The position numbers and the translations under genes are program-made. The notes below the pieces were generated by a model, which saw nothing but the letters and a program-made list of their open reading frames with translations, had not been told where the DNA came from and ran no database searches. A stretch of 64,000 nucleotides of DNA, taken from the NCBI RefSeq assembly GCF_028368995.1, contig NZ_JAQNDL010000003.1, positions 1-64,000 on the forward strand, written 5' to 3'. Positions 60,501-64,000 of the stretch are shown piece by piece. How positions within the stretch are numbered: position 1 is the stretch's first letter; the number at the start of each line of letters is the position of its first letter. This stretch comes from Nannocystis bainbridge (lineage in GTDB: Bacteria; Myxococcota_A; Polyangia; Nannocystales; Nannocystaceae).

Positions 60501-63500
60501 CGGATCACCGCCCGGATCGCGTCGCCGTCGCGCAACGCGTCGCCCAGGCGCTTCAGCACCACCACCCCGACCCCGCTGGCCGCCACCGTGCCCGCGGCCG
60601 CGGCGTCGAACGGCCGGCAGTGCCCGTCGGGCGACAGGATCGATCCATCCTCGTGGACGTGGCCCAGCACCGTCGCCGGCGCCACCGCGGCCCCGCCGGC
60701 CAGGGCCACGTCGCACTCGCCCGCGCGCAGGCTCTGGCTGGCCAGGTGGACCGCCACCAGCGACGTCGAGCACGCCGACAGCACCGTCACCGCCGGCCCG
60801 CGCAGCCCCAGCTTGTAGGCCACGCGCGACGTCAGGTTGTCGGGGATGTTGGCCACCCCGCGCTGGAACTCGTCGATCCCGCCCGCGCCGCCGCCGAGCG
60901 CCAGCCAGTGGCGCGGCGCGTCGCAGCCGCCGAACACCCCCACGCGGTCCGACCCGCGCGACGGATCGCAGGCCGCGTCCTCGAGCGCCGCGAACGCGGC
61001 CTCGAGGAACACCCGCTGCTGCGGATCCATCAGCCGCGCCTCCTGCGGGCTGTAGCCGAAGAACCCCGCGTCGAAGCAGAACGCGTCGCTCATCACCCCG
61101 AACGCCGGCACGAAGCCCGGCACCCGTTCGACGCCCGCCGCCGCCAGCGCCTCGTCATCGGAGAAATGAATGCCCTCGACCCCGGCGAGCAGGTTGTGCC
61201 ACAGCGCCTCGACGTCGTCGGCCCCGGGGAAGCGCCCCGCCATGCCGACGATCGCGATCGCTTCGACACTCGCCTGCGGACGGATCGCGATCGCAGCGCT
61301 CGCCACCTCCGGCACCGCCCCCGCCAGCCGCCCTGCCAGGCTGCGGATCGTCGGGTGCTGGAACAGCTCGACCATGTCGAGCCGGCGCCCGAACTTCGCC
61401 TCGATCGCCGTGCGCACCCGCGCCAGCAGCAGCGAGTGCCCGCCGAGCTCGAAGAACGCCTCGTCGATCCCGACCTCCGCCAGCCCCAGCGCCTCGCGCC
61501 AGATCTCCGCCAGCCCCCGCTCCACCTGCGAGCGCGGCAGCGCGATCGTCCGCGCCTCTGCTCGCGGGCTGCGGTCCGCCAGCGCCTGCACGTCGACCTT
61601 GCCGTTCGGCAGCGTCGGCAGCGAAGCCACCGGCACCACCGCCGACGGCACCATGTGCCCCGGCAGCCGCGCCCGCGCGAACTCTCGCACCGCCCCTGCC
61701 AGCTCCGCTTCGGGCTCGCGCGGCACCACGTACGCCACCAGCTCCTGGCGGACCACCACCACCGCCGCGTCGCTCACCTCCGGGTGGGCGCGGACCACCG
61801 CCTCGACCTCGCCGAGCTCGATGCGGAACCCGCGGAGCTTCACCTGGCGATCGAGGCGCCCCGCGAACTCGAGCTGCCCGTCGGCCCGCCAGCGCACGCG
61901 GTCGCCGGTGCGGTACAGCCGGGCCCCTGGCGCCGCCGAGAACGGGTCCGGCACGAAGCGCTCGGCCGTCAGCCCTGGCCGCCCCAGGTACCCGCGCGCC
62001 ACCCCGGCGCCGCCGACGTGGAGCTCGCCGAACACCCCGATCGGCGCCGGCTCGCCCGCCGGGTCGAGCACGTACACCTGCACGCCCGCCAGCGGCCCCC
62101 CGATCGGCGGCGGGCCCTCGCCCGGCTCGCACGCCGCCGCCGTCGCGCACACCGTCGTCTCGGTCGGCCCGTAGGCGTTGACGAACCGGCGCCCGCGGCC
62201 CCAGCGGCGCACCAGCTCGGCGCTGCAGGCCTCGCCCGCCGCCACCACGTGCACCAGGTCCGGCAGCGGCTCGTCGCCCATCGCCGCCAGCAGCGACGGC
62301 GGCAGCACGCACATCGACACCCGTTGCTCGCGCAGCAGCGCCGCGAACTCCGGCCCTGGCACCGGCAGCCCTGGCGGCACCAGGCACAGCGTCGCCCCCG
62401 CGCCCCACGCCAGCAGCAGCTCGAACACGAACGCGTCGAAGCTCAGCGCCGAGAACTGCAGCACCACGCTGCCGTCCGTCAGCCCGAACAGCCCCCGCTG
62501 CGCCCGCGCCAGGTTGATCGCGCTGCGGTGCTCGATCACCACCCCCTTCGGCCGGCCCGTCGAGCCCGACGTGTAGATCACATAGGCCGCGCGCCCCGGA
62601 TCGTCGCTCACCGTCACGTCCGTCGCCTCGGCCGCGATCGCCTCGTGATCGGCGTCGAGCCGGATCACCTGGCGCCCCGCGAACCGCTCCGCCAGGCGCG
62701 CCTGCGTCAGCACCACCTGCGCCCCGCTGTCGGCCAGCATGAACTGCAGCCGCTCCGCCGGGTACGCCGGGTCGAGCGGCAAAAACGCCGCCCCGGCCTT
62801 GAGCACCGCCACCACCGCGATCACCAGCTCGAGCGAGCGCTCGACGCTGATCGCCACCAGCGACTCCGCTCCCACGCCGCGGGCCGCCAGGTGGCGCGCC
62901 AGCAGCTCCGCGCGCCGCTCGAGCTCCCCGTACGTCAGCCGCGCCGCCCCGAGCATCACCGCCACTCGCAGCGGATCGCTGGCGGCCGCCTCGGCCACCA
63001 GCGCGTGCATCATCGCCGCCCCGCCCTGCGCCAGCGCCGGCGTCGCATTCCAGCGCGTCACCACCTCGGCCCGCTCCTCCGGCCCGAGCAGCGGCGCCTG
63101 CGACACCCGCCCTTGCGGCCGCGCGATCGCCCCGCGCAGCAGCGCCAGCAGGTGCTCGCCCATGCGCTCGATCGTCGCCCGCTCGAACAGGTCCGCGCTG
63201 TACTCGAGCAGCGCCGACAGCTCGCCGTCCTCGTCGCGCACGTAAAGCGTCAGGTCGAACACCGCCCGCGGCACGTCCGCCTCGACGCTCTCGACCTCCA
63301 GCCCCGCCAGCCGCAGCTCGCGGGCCCCCGGGGGCTGCGGCGCGAAGCCGACCTGCACGATCGGGTTGTGGCTCAGCGTCCGCTCGGGCCGCAGCTCCTG
63401 GACGATGCGGTCGAACGGCACCGCGTCGTGATCGTAGGCCGCCAGCGTCGTCTTGCGCACCTGCGTCAGCAGCTCGGCGAAGCTCGGGTCGCTGGCCAGG

Positions 63501-64000
63501 TCGACGCGGATCGGCAGCGTATTGACGAAGAACCCGACCAGCCCCTCGAGCTCGACCCGATCGCGGGCCGCCGTCGGCACCCCGAGCACGATCGTCGATT
63601 CACCGGCGTAGCGGTGCAGCAGCGCCGCGAACCCGGCCAGCAGCACCAGCGTCGGCGACAGCCCCGCCGGCGCGCCCAGGCGGCGCAGCCCCGCGCTGAC
63701 CTCGGCCCCCGGCCGCAGCGCGACCGCCCCGCCGCGGAAGCTCTGCACGCTCGGCCGCGGCCGGTCGGTCGGCAGCGACAACAGCCGTGGCGCCCCCGCC
63801 AGCGCCTCGCGCCACCACGCGATCGACCGCTCCAGCCCCTGCTGCAGGCGCCCGCGCTCCCACGCCGCGTAGTCGGCGAACTGCAGCCCCAGCGGCACCA
63901 GCCCGGCCGCCATCCCCCGGCGCTCCGCCTCGTAAAGGGCCGCCAGCTCGTCGAGCAGCAGCCGCATCGACCACCCGTCGACGACGATGTGGTGCAGGTC
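57599..64000 (-). CDS. hybrid NRPS-PKS, 5' truncated by the window edge (C-A-T-KS-AT-ACP-TE)
   Basis: In-frame HHIVVDG at the edge; YTSGSTGRPKG, YGPTE, GGHSL; KS SACSTS/HGT/NLGH; AT GHSLGE; ACP GGTSL; TE GHSAGG. Confidence 0.96.
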   Translation of the reverse strand, partial: DLHHIVVDGWSMRLLLDELAALYEAERRGMAAGLVPLGLQFADYAAWERGRLQQGLERSIAWWREALAGAPRLLSLPTDRPRPSVQSFRGGAVALRPGAEVSAGLRRLGAPAGLSPTLVLLAGFAALLHRYAGESTIVLGVPTAARDRVELEGLVGFFVNTLPIRVDLASDPSFAELLTQVRKTTLAAYDHDAVPFDRIVQELRPERTLSHNPIVQVGFAPQPPGARELRLAGLEVESVEADVPRAVFDLTLYVRDEDGELSALLEYSADLFERATIERMGEHLLALLRGAIARPQGRVSQAPLLGPEERAEVVTRWNATPALAQGGAAMMHALVAEAAASDPLRVAVMLGAARLTYGELERRAELLARHLAARGVGAESLVAISVERSLELVIAVVAVLKAGAAFLPLDPAYPAERLQFMLADSGAQVVLTQARLAERFAGRQVIRLDADHEAIAAEATDVTVSDDPGRAAYVIYTSGSTGRPKGVVIEHRSAINLARAQRGLFGLTDGSVVLQFSALSFDAFVFELLLAWGAGATLCLVPPGLPVPGPEFAALLREQRVSMCVLPPSLLAAMGDEPLPDLVHVVAAGEACSAELVRRWGRGRRFVNAYGPTETTVCATAAACEPGEGPPPIGGPLAGVQVYVLDPAGEPAPIGVFGELHVGGAGVARGYLGRPGLTAERFVPDPFSAAPGARLYRTGDRVRWRADGQLEFAGRLDRQVKLRGFRIELGEVEAVVRAHPEVSDAAVVVVRQELVAYVVPREPEAELAGAVREFARARLPGHMVPSAVVPVASLPTLPNGKVDVQALADRSPRAEARTIALPRSQVERGLAEIWREALGLAEVGIDEAFFELGGHSLLLARVRTAIEAKFGRRLDMVELFQHPTIRSLAGRLAGAVPEVASAAIAIRPQASVEAIAIVGMAGRFPGADDVEALWHNLLAGVEGIHFSDDEALAAAGVERVPGFVPAFGVMSDAFCFDAGFFGYSPQEARLMDPQQRVFLEAAFAALEDAACDPSRGSDRVGVFGGCDAPRHWLALGGGAGGIDEFQRGVANIPDNLTSRVAYKLGLRGPAVTVLSACSTSLVAVHLASQSLRAGECDVALAGGAAVAPATVLGHVHEDGSILSPDGHCRPFDAAAAGTVAASGVGVVVLKRLGDALRDGDAIRAVIRGSAIGNDGADKVGYTAPGLQGQVDVLRRAYAAAEVSPASVGLVEAHGTATRLGDPIEVAALTRVFAAAEARIGGCALGSIKSNLGHLSAAAGVTGLIKATLALERGQIPGTLHFTAPSPELRLAESPFFVPATAVAWPEQAGPRRAGVSAFGVGGTNAHVVLEAAPNPGPGGPGRAWQMLPLSARTSAALGSRAELLAAHLGERPTLPLADVAYTLQQRTALAPARAVVVCREGAGAQAALAGRSPGQMVRGQVRARAPQVVFVFPGGGSQHVDMGRELYAELPVFRAALDACAELFVAELGEDIRTAMYPPPGGYEAAKQRLLAPSRNMATIFAVEYALAQVLIDWGVRPAALFGHSLGEYVAAAVAGVFSLADAVALVAIRGALCDAAPPAAMVAVPLAPAAAAARLVPGLSLAAINGPESCVVAGAMTAMEPFLAALVEAGIEARRLPIATASHSALMEPLVERLVERARAVEFSPPQIRMVSGMTGEWIGAELCDPGYWGRHLRQTVRFADGTATLHADPDTVCLEVGPGGHLASFIRNHPDAGPDRLVVAAMAHPRAGRSELEALLLALGQLWCAGAPIDWQAFAGEEPRRKLPLPTYPFARTRHAIEVRPAGPTLVLAAPTPEPAANSSEAREEAPRDGLAAIVAEIWREALGVTRVHDSDNFFDLGGTSLTAVKIRARVRERFGVTTPVHALLEHPNFAEFVAALRSLIGGGAEEGERSLLVPLRPGKPGTRPIFLVQPIGGTVYTYLPLSRHLDAGGAAIFGVRASGTDAGEPVLDEVPAMAERYVAEILREQPEGPFIVGGHSAGGITAYEVARQLESRGHTVRLLILDAPSMPAVYEDVILTIEDFLRSHEAFASCESPSYQSFVAALETDAALRQIVLATCLAEQRYKPQPIAAEVVYFAANEQRDTRDTHAGMYWLDLVEGPFSLYRTPGDHFTMMDEPWVETLARLIDRHLRR

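Overview
Very GC-rich bacterial DNA whose gene content points to a myxobacterium, probably Nannocystis-like (inference: MYXO-CTERM tail, three large Ser/Thr kinases, Cys/Thr-rich lipoproteins, PAS-STAS protein, NRPS-PKS). There are about 40 supportable CDSs and I recognise no rRNA, tRNA, CRISPR array or transposase. Recognisable genes include a PaaI thioesterase, GST, Fic protein, fatty acid desaturase, pirin, a folE-queD-PTPS-SDR pterin operon, Coq4/TetR, two P450s, DinB, an H1-like protein and the 3' part of a hybrid NRPS-PKS (C-A-T-KS-AT-ACP-TE). The most striking unexplained signal is a 16-bp palindrome, (C/A)TGTCC-N4-GGACA(G/T). It forms four intergenic arrays with an exact 14-bp CATG period and also occurs as about 20 dispersed single sites, many inside genes where they coincide with runs of A/T-ending codons. 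Other leads are an RRE-like/LanD-like flavoprotein/methyltransferase fusion, a kinase-FHA operon with an MOA-type cysteine protease, a LigA-like protein and an ABBA-prenyltransferase-like protein, a possible pro-bacteriocin/immunity pair, and a circularly permuted GDPD inserted in a phytase-like protein. All family calls come from motif recognition by eye; no searches were run.
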